This document shows, piece by piece, positions 19,298-28,936 of a stretch of DNA of 64,000 nucleotides. Origin of the DNA: an uncultured Steroidobacteraceae bacterium (GTDB lineage: Bacteria > Pseudomonadota > Gammaproteobacteria > Steroidobacterales > Steroidobacteraceae); NCBI GenBank assembly GCA_964473595.1, contig CAYYQQ010000001.1:15231-79230 (forward strand), in the 5' to 3' direction. Below the pieces are notes generated by a model. The model had not been told where the DNA came from. It saw only the letters and a list, made by a program, of their open reading frames with translations, and ran no database searches. The translations under genes were made by a program, and so were the position numbers. Position 1 is the stretch's first letter. Each line of letters opens with the position of its first letter.

Positions 19298-20098
19298 TTA
19301 CATGGCATAGCCACCGCTCACGCTGATGCACTGACCCGTGACATAGGAAGTCTTGTCCGAAGCCAGCAACAGCACTATCGGAACAATATCGTCCGGGACG
19401 CCAACCCGTCGCAGCGGGTAATTGCGGAGCACTTTCTTCAAAGTCTCCTGGTTCTGGAAAATCAGGCTCTGGTGACTTCCCGGGTGCCACAGGCTGTCAC
19501 TGCCTGCGTCACCGGGATTTTCAGGCAGCGTCAGACCAGGGCACACCACATTGACATTCAGTTGATGCTTGCCGAATTCGCGTGCCAGAGCCTTGCTGAG
19601 CGTAATGATCCCGCCCTTACAGGCGCCATAGACGGCTTCCTTGTACTCGCCCACCCGGCCCGCATCCGAGCCGATGGTGATGATCTTGCCGTAAGACCTG
19701 GCGATCATCGTGGGCGCCACCGCCCGGATGCAATGAATTGGCCCCCACAGGTTGATTGCAACTTCGCGTTCAAAGTCCTCGTAGGACTTGTCAACAAACA
19801 GTGCGTTGTTGGTCCAGCCGGCATTGTTCACCAGGATGTCAATCTGCCCGAACCGCTGCAGCGCGCATTCGGCCATGTGTTCGACCTGATGCCGGTCGCC
19901 CACGTCGGTCTTCACAAACAGTACATCGTCGCGGCCGGATGAGCGCAACTGGGCGACCACGAGTTCCGCCTGCTGTTCATCGATATCCGCGATGACGACA
20001 TTCGCCCCTTCTTCGAACAGCCCTTCCGTGATGGCCTTGCCGATGTTCGAAGCGCCACCCGTCACAATGGCAGTCTTTTTTTGCAGTCCCAAATCCAC
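19298..20098 (-). CDS. SDR family oxidoreductase
   Basis: TGGASNIGKA cofactor motif, NNAG, and the catalytic YGACKGG (YxxxK). Confidence 0.85.
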   Translation of the reverse strand: MDLGLQKKTAIVTGGASNIGKAITEGLFEEGANVVIADIDEQQAELVVAQLRSSGRDDVLFVKTDVGDRHQVEHMAECALQRFGQIDILVNNAGWTNNALFVDKSYEDFEREVAINLWGPIHCIRAVAPTMIARSYGKIITIGSDAGRVGEYKEAVYGACKGGIITLSKALAREFGKHQLNVNVVCPGLTLPENPGDAGSDSLWHPGSHQSLIFQNQETLKKVLRNYPLRRVGVPDDIVPIVLLLASDKTSYVTGQCISVSGGYAM

Positions 20099-20163
20099 GG
20101 CAATTAACCTCTTGTTCCGGCCATCCTGCTGAATGAATGCAGCGTCAAGGGTTCAGGCTTTCC

Positions 20164-20958
20164 TCAGGAGTTTTTCTTTTTTGAAGCTTCCTGGAATTTC
20201 CTGATGCGCTCCTTGATTTCGTCCGCAGCCTGTGTGCGATTGCGTTCGAAATAGATTTCTTCCAGCCACAGCGCATCCGCCAACGGCATATCGATTCCCA
20301 GCATGGCGACTTCCTTGACGAAGCGCACCGCGGTCTTGCCGTTATCACAGATTGCCCGGGCGATTTTCATGGCTTCGTCCAGCAGCGCTTCCCCCGGTAC
20401 GACTCTTTGTACCAGCCGCAGGCGTAGCGCCTCTTGCGCTGTTATCGGGTCTCCGGTCAGCATCATCAGCATCGCATCACCGAGTCCTGCCAGGCGCGGC
20501 AACCACTGCGTTCCGCCGCCGCCGGGCAAAGCGCCCAGCTTGACTTCCGGCAGACCGATCAGCGCACCTTCAGCGGCGATACGGATATCGCAACCCAGTG
20601 CGAGCTCAAATCCGCCGCCAAACGCATAGCCATTGATGGCGGCGATGGTGGGTTTGTTGATCTTGAGTGAATTCGGGGTGACCCAATACTGGGTCCTCGT
20701 TGTTGGCGGCAGGTGCAGGAAATCAGGTGCTTTCTTGATATCGATGCCGGTGCAGAACGCGCGACCGCTACCGGTGTAGATCAGTACGCGGAGCTCGTCA
20801 TCGGCCGCGAATTCTTCCAGCCGCCGCCGGTGCTCAGTCATCAATTCCATGTCGAAAGAGTTCATCGCCTGAGGACGATTGAGCGTCAGCACGGCGACAT
20901 GACCCTGTGTCTCCCAGATCAGGGGCCTGGCTGTTTCCACCGATTTGTCTTCACGCAT
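20164..20958 (-). CDS. Enoyl-CoA hydratase/isomerase (crotonase) family protein
   Basis: LTLNRPQAMNSF, FCTGIDIK, and AAINGYAFGGGFELALGCDIRIA. Confidence 0.85.
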   Translation of the reverse strand: MREDKSVETARPLIWETQGHVAVLTLNRPQAMNSFDMELMTEHRRRLEEFAADDELRVLIYTGSGRAFCTGIDIKKAPDFLHLPPTTRTQYWVTPNSLKINKPTIAAINGYAFGGGFELALGCDIRIAAEGALIGLPEVKLGALPGGGGTQWLPRLAGLGDAMLMMLTGDPITAQEALRLRLVQRVVPGEALLDEAMKIARAICDNGKTAVRFVKEVAMLGIDMPLADALWLEEIYFERNRTQAADEIKERIRKFQEASKKKNS

Positions 20959-21009
20959 GTTTTGAGACTTGTATTTTCAATATGGCAGGACTGATTGATC
21001 CTGGGTCTA

Positions 21010-21783
21010 TCAATGCTGGCGTTCGATGAATTCAAGGATCCGGTCGTTGGTGATATCGCGTGCCTCCCAGTGCACGCAGTGTCCCGCTCCTGGAACCACG
21101 GAGAGTTCCGCGCCCGGTATGGCTTTAGAGATCATCTCTGACGCGCGGGGTGGGCAGTAGGGATCGAGCTCTCCGGCAAGTACCAGGGTGGGACACTTGA
21201 TGGCGCCGAGTTCCTGGATCATGGGCTCATCAGCGAGTCGCAACATCGCCCGGCAGGCGTTCAGGTAACCACCCGGATCCCGGACCCCGGCTGTTCGCAG
21301 TTGCTGGTATTCGGCGATGAGCTGCTCGTCTCCCATGGAAAAGCATCCGCGTGCGTCAGCCTGGGTAATTGAAGCAATGGCTTCCAGGCCACTCTGCGTC
21401 ACCTGCTCGATACGTTGGCGGAAAAATGCCTGGCCGGAACGGCCTACGGTACATGAACTGGCGACGAGAATGAGTCCCTGCACCATTGCAGGGAAGTCCA
21501 GCGCAAACCGTTGTGCAATGACGCCACCCATCGAAAAGCCGATGAGCCAGGCTGGAGCCATGTCATGGGAGCTCAGTATCTGCGCCAGGTCATCCGCCAT
21601 CTGCTGAACGGTGCCATTGCCGGTGCCCACCGGGCTGGCGCCAAAACCCCGGACGTCATAGCAGAGGACATTCATCGAGCGCTGCAAAAAAGACTGCTGC
21701 CGAGACCACGCGTTACGTGACTCAGACAGCCCGTGGATCAGTACCACAGCTTTTCTTTCGCTCGATGCGATCACTGCGTTCAT
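21010..21783 (-). CDS. Alpha/beta hydrolase (3-oxoadipate enol-lactonase-like)
   Basis: VVLIHGLSES, nucleophile elbow GFSMGG, and C-terminal GAGHCVHWE. Confidence 0.8.
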   Translation of the reverse strand: MNAVIASSERKAVVLIHGLSESRNAWSRQQSFLQRSMNVLCYDVRGFGASPVGTGNGTVQQMADDLAQILSSHDMAPAWLIGFSMGGVIAQRFALDFPAMVQGLILVASSCTVGRSGQAFFRQRIEQVTQSGLEAIASITQADARGCFSMGDEQLIAEYQQLRTAGVRDPGGYLNACRAMLRLADEPMIQELGAIKCPTLVLAGELDPYCPPRASEMISKAIPGAELSVVPGAGHCVHWEARDITNDRILEFIERQH

Positions 21784-21820
21784 CGGCGTCGTCTGCTGGT
21801 GCCCAACCCCACGGTCCTGA

Positions 21821-22822
21821 TTACTTCAAGTGCCTGATGATACCGTCATGAATCTCCTCCATGCGCGCCTGCCGTCCGCCTGCGCCCGCCCGGAATGCCA
21901 GGGTAACGCCGTCCAGGCCCAGTGTTGCCAGTTCGCGAATCCGCTGCAGGCATTCTCCGGCGGTACCGACAAGGGCGACGAAATCAATGAATTCGGGTGA
22001 GACCGAGCGCTTATGGCCGGCATGTGAAGACATGTGCTCCAACCGGTTGTAGCTGTCAGAGGCGCGCTGGAAATCCTGTTTGAAGGGCTCAAGGAAATCG
22101 GGCAGGTGCTTCCACTGGTGAAACGTTTCAGCTTGGGATGCGGCCCAGTGGCTGACATCGTCACGAGCCTGGTCACGATCATCCGATATGCCGATGCTGG
22201 TCCACAGGTCAAACTTGATTTCGCTGAAATCGCGGCCGACCTCTGCCGCGCCACTGCGCACGTGATCCATCTGCCATTTGATGAATTCTGCGTTTGCGCC
22301 TCCCATCAGGATGACACCGTCCGCCACGCGGCCGCACATGGCAAGAATCCGGGGTTGATTGGCGGCAACATAGATCGGTATTTTTCCGCTGGCCGTCACC
22401 AGGTGATAAGGCTTTCCGTCTGCACCCTTGACTTCCCCGCCGCTGCACAGCGTATTGATGGTGTTGATGGACTCTTCCAGATAACTGATGGAGGCGGGCT
22501 TCAGCCCGATGGAAAAGACGCCGGTCCAGCCGCTGCCCAGCCCGATGATGGCGCGACCATTGCTGACTTCATTCAATGCCGTGAAGCCGTTGGCCAGCGT
22601 GGTGGGATGCCGTGTCACCGGGTTGGTGACCCCGGTGGATAACATGATGGAGGAGGTTTTAACGGCACACAGAGCGAGCGCGATGTAACAGTCCTTCATC
22701 GATAGCTGGACATCGGCGATCCAGGCGCTGTCGAAACCGAGCTTTTCAGCATTCTGGACGACTTCGACGGTGTGCAAGATGGGCTCCCGCGGGCTGATTC
22801 CCAGGGATATTCCGACCTTCAT
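21821..22822 (-). CDS. Luciferase-like (LLM class) flavin/F420-dependent oxidoreductase
   Basis: MKVGISLGISP..., AEKLGFDSAWIADV, and IIGLGSGW are typical of the Mer/LLM TIM-barrel family. ATG 22822 has AAGGAGGG 6 nt upstream, so the track start at 22849 was rejected. Confidence 0.8.
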   Translation of the reverse strand: MKVGISLGISPREPILHTVEVVQNAEKLGFDSAWIADVQLSMKDCYIALALCAVKTSSIMLSTGVTNPVTRHPTTLANGFTALNEVSNGRAIIGLGSGWTGVFSIGLKPASISYLEESINTINTLCSGGEVKGADGKPYHLVTASGKIPIYVAANQPRILAMCGRVADGVILMGGANAEFIKWQMDHVRSGAAEVGRDFSEIKFDLWTSIGISDDRDQARDDVSHWAASQAETFHQWKHLPDFLEPFKQDFQRASDSYNRLEHMSSHAGHKRSVSPEFIDFVALVGTAGECLQRIRELATLGLDGVTLAFRAGAGGRQARMEEIHDGIIRHLK

Positions 22823-22984
22823 TTCGCGCCCTCCTTGGAAGTTGACCACCGGCTGGCTCTAAAGCCAGCTACAAGATCAGTGCTCCTGGTGGATTGAGAA
22901 ATCCTCGGTGCGCCTGCGTGCGCATAAAATGATGATATAAGTCGTCCGAGAGCTCATCAATTTATCGTTGTTTCTGGCGCGAGA

Positions 22985-23737
22985 ATGTCCATTATAACCA
23001 AACCCATTCATGTGTCGCAGCAGGCAGGCGTCGTTTCACTTCTCCTGAACCGGCCCGAACGCAGAAACGCCTTGTCCCTGGAGCTGCTGGAAAAACTCAG
23101 TAGAGCCCTGTCGACCAAGGTTGGTGAAGATACCGTAGCGGTAATCATCAGCGGTGTCGACGGGAGCTTCAGTGCAGGCGCTGACCTGGCTGACCTATCG
23201 GGGACACTGACCGATCTTGCGATGGATGATGCCATCGAAGAAGTAACGGGGAAGATCCTCGAGCTGCCGGTCCCGGTGATTGCCGCCATCGATGGCCCTT
23301 GCATGGGCGGCGCATTTGATCTTGCCCTGAGCTGTGACCACCGCATCGCTTCGGTGGATGCGATCTTTCAGGTGCCTGCCGCTCGCCTTGGCTTGCTTTA
23401 CAACCCGCGCTCGGTCGTGAGAATGCAGCGACGGCTTGGCCGAGATACGGTTTTCCGCCTGCTGGTACTCGGCGAGCGGCTGGACGCGGACGCGGCTCTG
23501 CTTGCCGGAATTATCTCCAGTGTAGTCGAGGGTGCCAGCTATGAAGCGGCCCTGGCGATTGCCCGGGGCACCGAAAAAAACATCGTACCGGCAATGACCG
23601 CAACCAAGCGGCTGCTCAATACGATCGACGCGCCCGGCTATGACCCCGCTGAGTGGGAGGCGCTGCGTCATGAGCTGTTGTCCTCGCCGGAACGGCTGGC
23701 GGCGGTTGCCAGCGAAAAAAAGCGCCGCGGGCGATAG
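22985..23737 (+). CDS. Enoyl-CoA hydratase/isomerase family protein
   Basis: LLLNRPERRNALS, FSAGADL, and AAIDGPCMGGAFDLALSCDHRIA. Confidence 0.8.
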   Translation: MSIITKPIHVSQQAGVVSLLLNRPERRNALSLELLEKLSRALSTKVGEDTVAVIISGVDGSFSAGADLADLSGTLTDLAMDDAIEEVTGKILELPVPVIAAIDGPCMGGAFDLALSCDHRIASVDAIFQVPAARLGLLYNPRSVVRMQRRLGRDTVFRLLVLGERLDADAALLAGIISSVVEGASYEAALAIARGTEKNIVPAMTATKRLLNTIDAPGYDPAEWEALRHELLSSPERLAAVASEKKRRGR

Positions 23738-23766
23738 AGAATGACGGGCTATTTGTAGCCATTGGA

Positions 23767-24567
23767 TCACTGGCCCTTGAAATCCGCCTTGCGCTTCTCA
23801 ACGAATGCGCTGATGCCTTCCTTTGCATCATCGGATCGGAGCAATTTCCGGTAGATCGGCAGGTCGGCGGTACGCATGGTGTGAAACGCGTTCTGGATGG
23901 TGTGTGCCTCGATGGCGCGCAGTATTTCCTTGACCGACTGCAGGGCCAGTGGTGCTACGCCGGCCAGCTTGTTCGCCCATGCCCTTGCAGTGGGCATGAG
24001 CTGATCTTTTGGCACCACGGCATTCACGAGGCCATAGCGTGCGGCTTCCGCCGCCCCCATGCGCTCACCCAGCAGAAGCATTTCCATGGCCTTGTTATAG
24101 GGCAGACGCCGCGGCAGGCGCTGAATGGCGCCCGCGTCCGGTACGATTCCGAGGGGCATTTCCGGCAGCGCAAATTCGACATGCTCGGCCGCGACGATCA
24201 AGTCACAGGCCAGCGCGATCTCGACTCCGCCGCCAAGGGTGATCCCGTTCAAAGCCGCAATGACCGGCTTGTTCAGATTCCATAGTTCGGTGATGCCGGC
24301 AAACCCGCCAGGGCCATAGTCATCCTCCCACCACTTATCCAGCGACATCTCGCCGGCTTGAACTGCTTTGAGGTCCCAGCCGGCACAGAAGATACGCTCG
24401 CCCGCACCCGTAATGATGCCAACCATCAGGCCGGGGTCATCACGCAGGGTTACGAAGGCCTCGCCCAGCGCCCGGCTGACCTTCATATCGATGGCATTGG
24501 CCTTGGGCTTGTCGAGGACAATCTCTAGAACACCGCCGCTGCGGGAAACATGGACATGTTCGGACAT
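23767..24567 (-). CDS. caiD: Carnitinyl-CoA dehydratase-like crotonase (crotonobetainyl-CoA hydratase)
   Basis: By my recollection of E. coli CaiD, the similarity runs end to end. Examples: LEIVLDKPKANAID, DDPGLMVGIITGAGERIFCAGWDLKA, GPGGFAGITELWNLNKPVIAALNG, FALPEMPLGIVPDAG, and C-terminal DAKEGISAFVEKRKADFKG. Confidence 0.65.
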   Translation of the reverse strand: MSEHVHVSRSGGVLEIVLDKPKANAIDMKVSRALGEAFVTLRDDPGLMVGIITGAGERIFCAGWDLKAVQAGEMSLDKWWEDDYGPGGFAGITELWNLNKPVIAALNGITLGGGVEIALACDLIVAAEHVEFALPEMPLGIVPDAGAIQRLPRRLPYNKAMEMLLLGERMGAAEAARYGLVNAVVPKDQLMPTARAWANKLAGVAPLALQSVKEILRAIEAHTIQNAFHTMRTADLPIYRKLLRSDDAKEGISAFVEKRKADFKGQ

Positions 24568-24578
24568 GGCGCCATCCT

Positions 24579-24599
24579 TTATTCACATTGAGCGGATAA
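24579..24599. promoter_or_regulatory. Imperfect inverted repeat TTATTCAC-N5-GCGGATAA immediately upstream of the caiD-like RBS
   Basis: The arms match 6/8. The site lies in the 98-bp divergent region between caiD-like and the Mo-hydroxylase operon, and contains the same TATTCAC heptamer seen at 16590 and 16623. Confidence 0.3.
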
Positions 24600-24665
24600 G
24601 TATATTCGGGACCGGGCACCGGATGGCCAGAGCGCAGTGGCAGCGGATGCGTTAATCTAGTTTGA

Positions 24666-25544
24666 ATGAGCGCCCCCGAGTATAGAGCGCCCGAATCCCT
24701 TGACGATGCCTTGAGCGTCAAGAGGAAATATGGTGCCGATGCGAGGGTGATAGCAGGCGGAACGGACCTGATTCTGAGAATGAGGGACCAGGTCTTTTCA
24801 CCCAGGGTGTTGATCGACCTGCGCCGGGTTTCACTCGCCGCGATTTCGCGCCATGCCGGCGAGATGCGCCTTGGCGCTTACCTGACTCTCTCACAGATAC
24901 TGGCAAGCGCCGAAGTTTTCGAAGTTTTTCCGGCCCTGGTCGAGGCTTGCCGGTGGTTTGCCGGACCACCGATTCGCAATCGGGCAACTTTGGGTGGCAA
25001 CATCGTCAATGCCTCGCCGGCCGCCGACCTGGTGCCGCCCTTGATCGCCTACGATGCCAAAATCGTGTTGGTCTCCTGTTCCGGCAATCGTGTGCTTCCA
25101 CTGATGGAATTCTTTACCGGGCCGGGCAAGACGGTGATGAAGCCGGATGAGATCCTGACGGAAATCCGGGTGCCGCTGATGCCGCCCGATACAGCCGCCA
25201 CTTTCATCAAGCTGGGGCAGCGCCAGTCCATGGCCATTTCCATAGTCAATTTGAGCACCCGATTGACGCTGAATGCGGCCCGCCGGGTAAGCGATGTGCG
25301 AATCGTATTGGGATCCGTGGCGCCTGCAGCGATACGCGCGCGTGCGGCTGAAGCGATATTGAAAGGTAAGGAACTTTCCACCGATCAGCTTGAGCAGGCT
25401 GCGAAAGTGGCAAGCAGCGAAATCTCGCCGATCAGTGATGTGCGTTCAAGCAAGGACTACCGCAGGCGTATGACAGAGGTGCTGGTTCGCAGAGCACTGA
25501 TGGCTGCCCGGGATGAGTTGGCAGGAACTGGTTCCAATGACTGA
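24666..25544 (+). CDS. Molybdenum hydroxylase medium subunit (FAD-binding, CoxM/XdhB-like)
   Basis: IAGGTDLILRMR FAD-binding PCMH motif and NRATLGGNIVNASPAAD. First gene of the medium/small/large order. Confidence 0.85.
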   Translation: MSAPEYRAPESLDDALSVKRKYGADARVIAGGTDLILRMRDQVFSPRVLIDLRRVSLAAISRHAGEMRLGAYLTLSQILASAEVFEVFPALVEACRWFAGPPIRNRATLGGNIVNASPAADLVPPLIAYDAKIVLVSCSGNRVLPLMEFFTGPGKTVMKPDEILTEIRVPLMPPDTAATFIKLGQRQSMAISIVNLSTRLTLNAARRVSDVRIVLGSVAPAAIRARAAEAILKGKELSTDQLEQAAKVASSEISPISDVRSSKDYRRRMTEVLVRRALMAARDELAGTGSND

Positions 25545-26040
25545 AATGGACATCCGGCTGACGGTGAATGGCAGGCTGCAGCATGTGAAAGCCGAGCCCA
25601 TCCGGACCCTGTTAAGCATTCTGCGCGAAGATATTGGGCTGACCGGGACCAAGGACGGCTGCAGTTCCGGCGATTGTGGCGCCTGCGTGGTAATGATGGA
25701 CGGGCAGGTGGTGAACTCATGCATGGTGTTGGCTCCCCAGGCGGATGGCTCCCAGGTCATTACGGTGGAAGGACTTGCCTGCAACGGTGAATTGCATCCG
25801 CTGCAACGCGCGTTTGGCGAGACCTGGGCTTTTCAGTGTGGCTTTTGCACGCCGGGTATGCTCATTTCCTGTTATGCCCTGCTGTTGTCCAATGACAATC
25901 CTTCCCGTGACGAAATCCTGATCGCGATCGCGGGAAACTTCTGCCGCTGTACCGGCTACCAGGGTGTCGTCAACGCGGTACAGCAGGCGGCAGCGGAACT
26001 ACGGGCTGGAAGCGCCGGGGAAGAAGTTCAGCATGGCTGA
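25537..26040 (+). CDS. Molybdenum hydroxylase small subunit, 2x[2Fe-2S]
   Basis: CSSGDCGACVV and CGFCTPGM cluster motifs, plus CRCTGY. The ATG overlaps the upstream stop by 8 nt. Confidence 0.9.
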   Translation: MTEMDIRLTVNGRLQHVKAEPIRTLLSILREDIGLTGTKDGCSSGDCGACVVMMDGQVVNSCMVLAPQADGSQVITVEGLACNGELHPLQRAFGETWAFQCGFCTPGMLISCYALLLSNDNPSRDEILIAIAGNFCRCTGYQGVVNAVQQAAAELRAGSAGEEVQHG

Positions 26041-28303
26041 ATCAGGCATCGTCGGCAGGTGGGTCAGCGCACCCGGGGCGTACGACATCGTGACCGGGAA
26101 GGCCCGCTATTGTCCGGATCTTGATTTTCCCGGGATGCTGAGCGGCAAGCTGCTCTACAGTCCCCATGCACGGGCGCGCATCAGGCATCTGGATGTCAGT
26201 GCAGCACGAAAGATTCCTGGTGTGTTTGCGGTGTTGACGCATGCCGATATCCCCGGCGAGAACAGTTACCTGTATGCGGAACCGGACCAGCCACTACTGG
26301 TAGTCGATGAGATCCGCTTCCAGGGGGACGCGGTAGCTGCGGTCGCCGCAATCGACGAGCAGACGGCTGACGCCGCACTCGGGGCAATCCAGGTCGAATA
26401 CCAGGCTTTGGACGGGATCTTCGATCCGCTGGTGGCGATGCAGGCGGGTTCCGACCAGGTTGTGGCCGGCAAAGACAACATCCTGATGCACAAGACTTAC
26501 AGGACCGGCGACGTGGAAGCCGCCCTGGCGTTTGCTGATGTCATTGTCGAGAACACCTACTGCACTCAATGGGCCGAGCACGCTTTTCTCGAAACGGAAG
26601 GGGGAGTCGGCCTGGTCGATGAAGATGGCGTCGTTACGGTTTATTCATCCTGCCAGGCGCCTCATCGGGACCGGATGCAAGTCGCCCGCGCCCTGGGCTT
26701 GCCCGAAAGCAGGGTCCGCGTCATCACGCCCTATATCGGCGGTGCGTTTGGCGGTAAGGACGAAGCGCATGTCCAGATCCACGCCGCGTTGCTGGCACAC
26801 GCGACCCATCGTCCGGTTCGCCTCATCCGCGGGCGCAAGGAATCCATTTTGACGCACGTGAAGCGTCATCCGTTCATCGTTCACTGCATCACCGCCGCTA
26901 CCAGCGAAGGACGACTGCTGGCGGTGAAAGCACGGGCAATCGCCGATGCGGGTCCCTATTCGAATGCTACGCACGAGGTTTTGAACAAGTTCGGCGAATT
27001 CATTGGTGGGCCGTACACGGTACAGAACCTGGAGGTAGAGAAAATAGCGGTGCGCACCAACAATCCGATAACCGGTGCGTTCCGGGGTTTTGGGGCACCG
27101 CAGGCGGCGTTTGTTTACGAATCGCAAATGGATGAGCTGGCGCGGAAACTCGGCATGGACCCGCTGGAGATTCGCCTGCTCAATGGCGTGGACACCGGAA
27201 CTCGGATGTATACCGGCGTTGTGGTGCGGGAAGGGAAAGCGATGAAAGCTTCCCTGCGGAAAGCGGCGGAAATGATCGGGTGGGAGCGGCGCGGTGAATT
27301 AGAACGCCAGCCTGCACCTCACTTGCGCCGGGGCTGGGGAATGGCGACTATTTTGAAGGGCTCGGGCATGGGACGCGGATTGCCGGACCACGCCGGCGTG
27401 CTGCTGGAAATGCATTGCGATGGCTCCGTAGTGTTACAGAGCGGCGCCGCGGATATGGGCCAGGGCATCGTCACCGTACTGGCTCAACTGGCGGCTGAGA
27501 GTCTGGGCGTTGCAATGTCCTCGGTCCATGTCGCCAGGGCGGATACCGCAAGGGCGCCCGATGCGGGTGCATCATGTGCCAGCCGCCAGGTCATGGTTTC
27601 CGGCAATGCCGTATTGCGTGCGGCCGTTCCGATCCGCAACTCTCTGCTGCAAGTGGCCGCTGAAAAAACAGGTATCGGCAAGGACCACTTGAGCCTGCGT
27701 GGCGGACGACTCCATGTCGATGGCGAGCCACATGATTTCTCGGTAGCAGACCTCGCCAAACGTGCCTTGTTCCGCGGCTACCCTTTGCACGCGGAGGGCC
27801 GATACGAACTTGAATATCCAACTGACGCTGCAGAGCCGACCTATCGCTACAGCCAGGAGATTTTTCAGTTTTGCACCCAGATTGCGCAGGTTCTGGTGGA
27901 TTGCGGGACCGGACAGGTCAAAGTGGAAAGGCTCATCGCCGTTCATGACGCGGGAAAGATGATCAACCCGGGAGGGGTTTTTGGCCAGATAGAGGGCGGT
28001 GTGGCGCAGGGCATTGGTTATGCGCTCACCGAGGAACTCCGGGTCAAGGAAGGGCATACCCTGAATGCCTCGTTGGAAAATTACGTGATTCCAATGGCGC
28101 TCGACATTCCTGAATTGGAGATGGACGTACTGGAAATGCCTGAACCTCTCGGTGCTCCGCTGGGAGCAAAAGGAATAGCGGAATCGCCGATCATTCCGAC
28201 CGCGCCGGCCATCCGAAACGCAATTTTTGACGCCATTGGCAAGCCGCTTCACCAGTTGCCGATGACCGCAGAACGGGTGTTGGCGGCATTGGATGCACCG
28301 TAA
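26033..28303 (+). CDS. Molybdenum hydroxylase large subunit (xanthine dehydrogenase/aldehyde oxidoreductase family, not CO dehydrogenase)
   Basis: 756 aa. IGGAFGGKDE and the GAFRGFGAPQ active-site loop are XDH-type, with no AYxCSFR CODH motif. The ATG overlaps the small-subunit stop by 8 nt. Confidence 0.85.
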   Translation: MAESGIVGRWVSAPGAYDIVTGKARYCPDLDFPGMLSGKLLYSPHARARIRHLDVSAARKIPGVFAVLTHADIPGENSYLYAEPDQPLLVVDEIRFQGDAVAAVAAIDEQTADAALGAIQVEYQALDGIFDPLVAMQAGSDQVVAGKDNILMHKTYRTGDVEAALAFADVIVENTYCTQWAEHAFLETEGGVGLVDEDGVVTVYSSCQAPHRDRMQVARALGLPESRVRVITPYIGGAFGGKDEAHVQIHAALLAHATHRPVRLIRGRKESILTHVKRHPFIVHCITAATSEGRLLAVKARAIADAGPYSNATHEVLNKFGEFIGGPYTVQNLEVEKIAVRTNNPITGAFRGFGAPQAAFVYESQMDELARKLGMDPLEIRLLNGVDTGTRMYTGVVVREGKAMKASLRKAAEMIGWERRGELERQPAPHLRRGWGMATILKGSGMGRGLPDHAGVLLEMHCDGSVVLQSGAADMGQGIVTVLAQLAAESLGVAMSSVHVARADTARAPDAGASCASRQVMVSGNAVLRAAVPIRNSLLQVAAEKTGIGKDHLSLRGGRLHVDGEPHDFSVADLAKRALFRGYPLHAEGRYELEYPTDAAEPTYRYSQEIFQFCTQIAQVLVDCGTGQVKVERLIAVHDAGKMINPGGVFGQIEGGVAQGIGYALTEELRVKEGHTLNASLENYVIPMALDIPELEMDVLEMPEPLGAPLGAKGIAESPIIPTAPAIRNAIFDAIGKPLHQLPMTAERVLAALDAP

Positions 28304-28348
28304 TGAGCCTTGGAGCGGTCCGCAATTCAGCCGGACTACGCTGACGCC

Positions 28349-28936
28349 ATGGTGACTGCGGTGGCGCTCGCGGCTGGCGCCTCGACACGAATGGGAGCCC
28401 AGAAGCTCCTGTTGCCGCTCGGCAACGAGCCGCTGGTCCGGCGCGCGGCGCGCCAGCTCCTGGATGCCGGCTTCGCCGAAGTGCTCGTGATCGTGGGCAG
28501 CGAGCACGAGAAGGTGCTCGCCGCGCTCGCGGGGCTGCCGATCCGGCATGCCATCAACGCCGACTACGCAACCGGCATGGGCAGCTCGTTCCGCACGGCG
28601 GTCGAGCACCTGGACGAAAGTGACGCCGCCATGTTTGCGCTTGCTGACCAACCGTTCGTCACGGCGAAGGAGTACCGGTCCGTTCTCGATGCCTATCGGC
28701 AGCACGCGCCGGCGATCGTCAGCGTGCGCTACGGCAATGTCACGGCACCGCCTCAATTGTTTAGCCGAGCCCTCTTTCCAGAGCTCGCCCAGCTTGAGGA
28801 CGGCGCCCGCCCGGTGCTCGAGCGGCATCGTGACCAGATGTTCGTGATTGACTTTCCGGCCGAGCTGCTCCTGGACATTGATACGCCGGAGGATTACGAG
28901 CGCGCCAGGAGCCGGTTGTCCTCTCAGTCTCCGTGA
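28349..28936 (+). CDS. mocA: Molybdenum cofactor cytidylyltransferase (MocA-type nucleotidyltransferase)
   Basis: MVTAVALAAGASTRMGAQKLLLPL N-terminal NTP-transferase motif and LADQPFV. Lies directly downstream of the large subunit. Confidence 0.75.
   Translation: MVTAVALAAGASTRMGAQKLLLPLGNEPLVRRAARQLLDAGFAEVLVIVGSEHEKVLAALAGLPIRHAINADYATGMGSSFRTAVEHLDESDAAMFALADQPFVTAKEYRSVLDAYRQHAPAIVSVRYGNVTAPPQLFSRALFPELAQLEDGARPVLERHRDQMFVIDFPAELLLDIDTPEDYERARSRLSSQSP

Noticed and set aside
24587-24599. 10-nt identity to the E. coli lac operator core (GAGCGGATAA)
   Set aside because: The match is short, no LacI-family regulator is nearby, and the local dyad symmetry differs from lacO. It is most likely coincidence.
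24666-28303. Possible aerobic CO dehydrogenase, because of the coxM-S-L-like gene order
   Set aside because: The large subunit shows the XDH-type GAFRGFG loop, and I could not find an AYxCSFR or AYRGAGR CODH signature. No coxD/E/F-type accessory genes are present.
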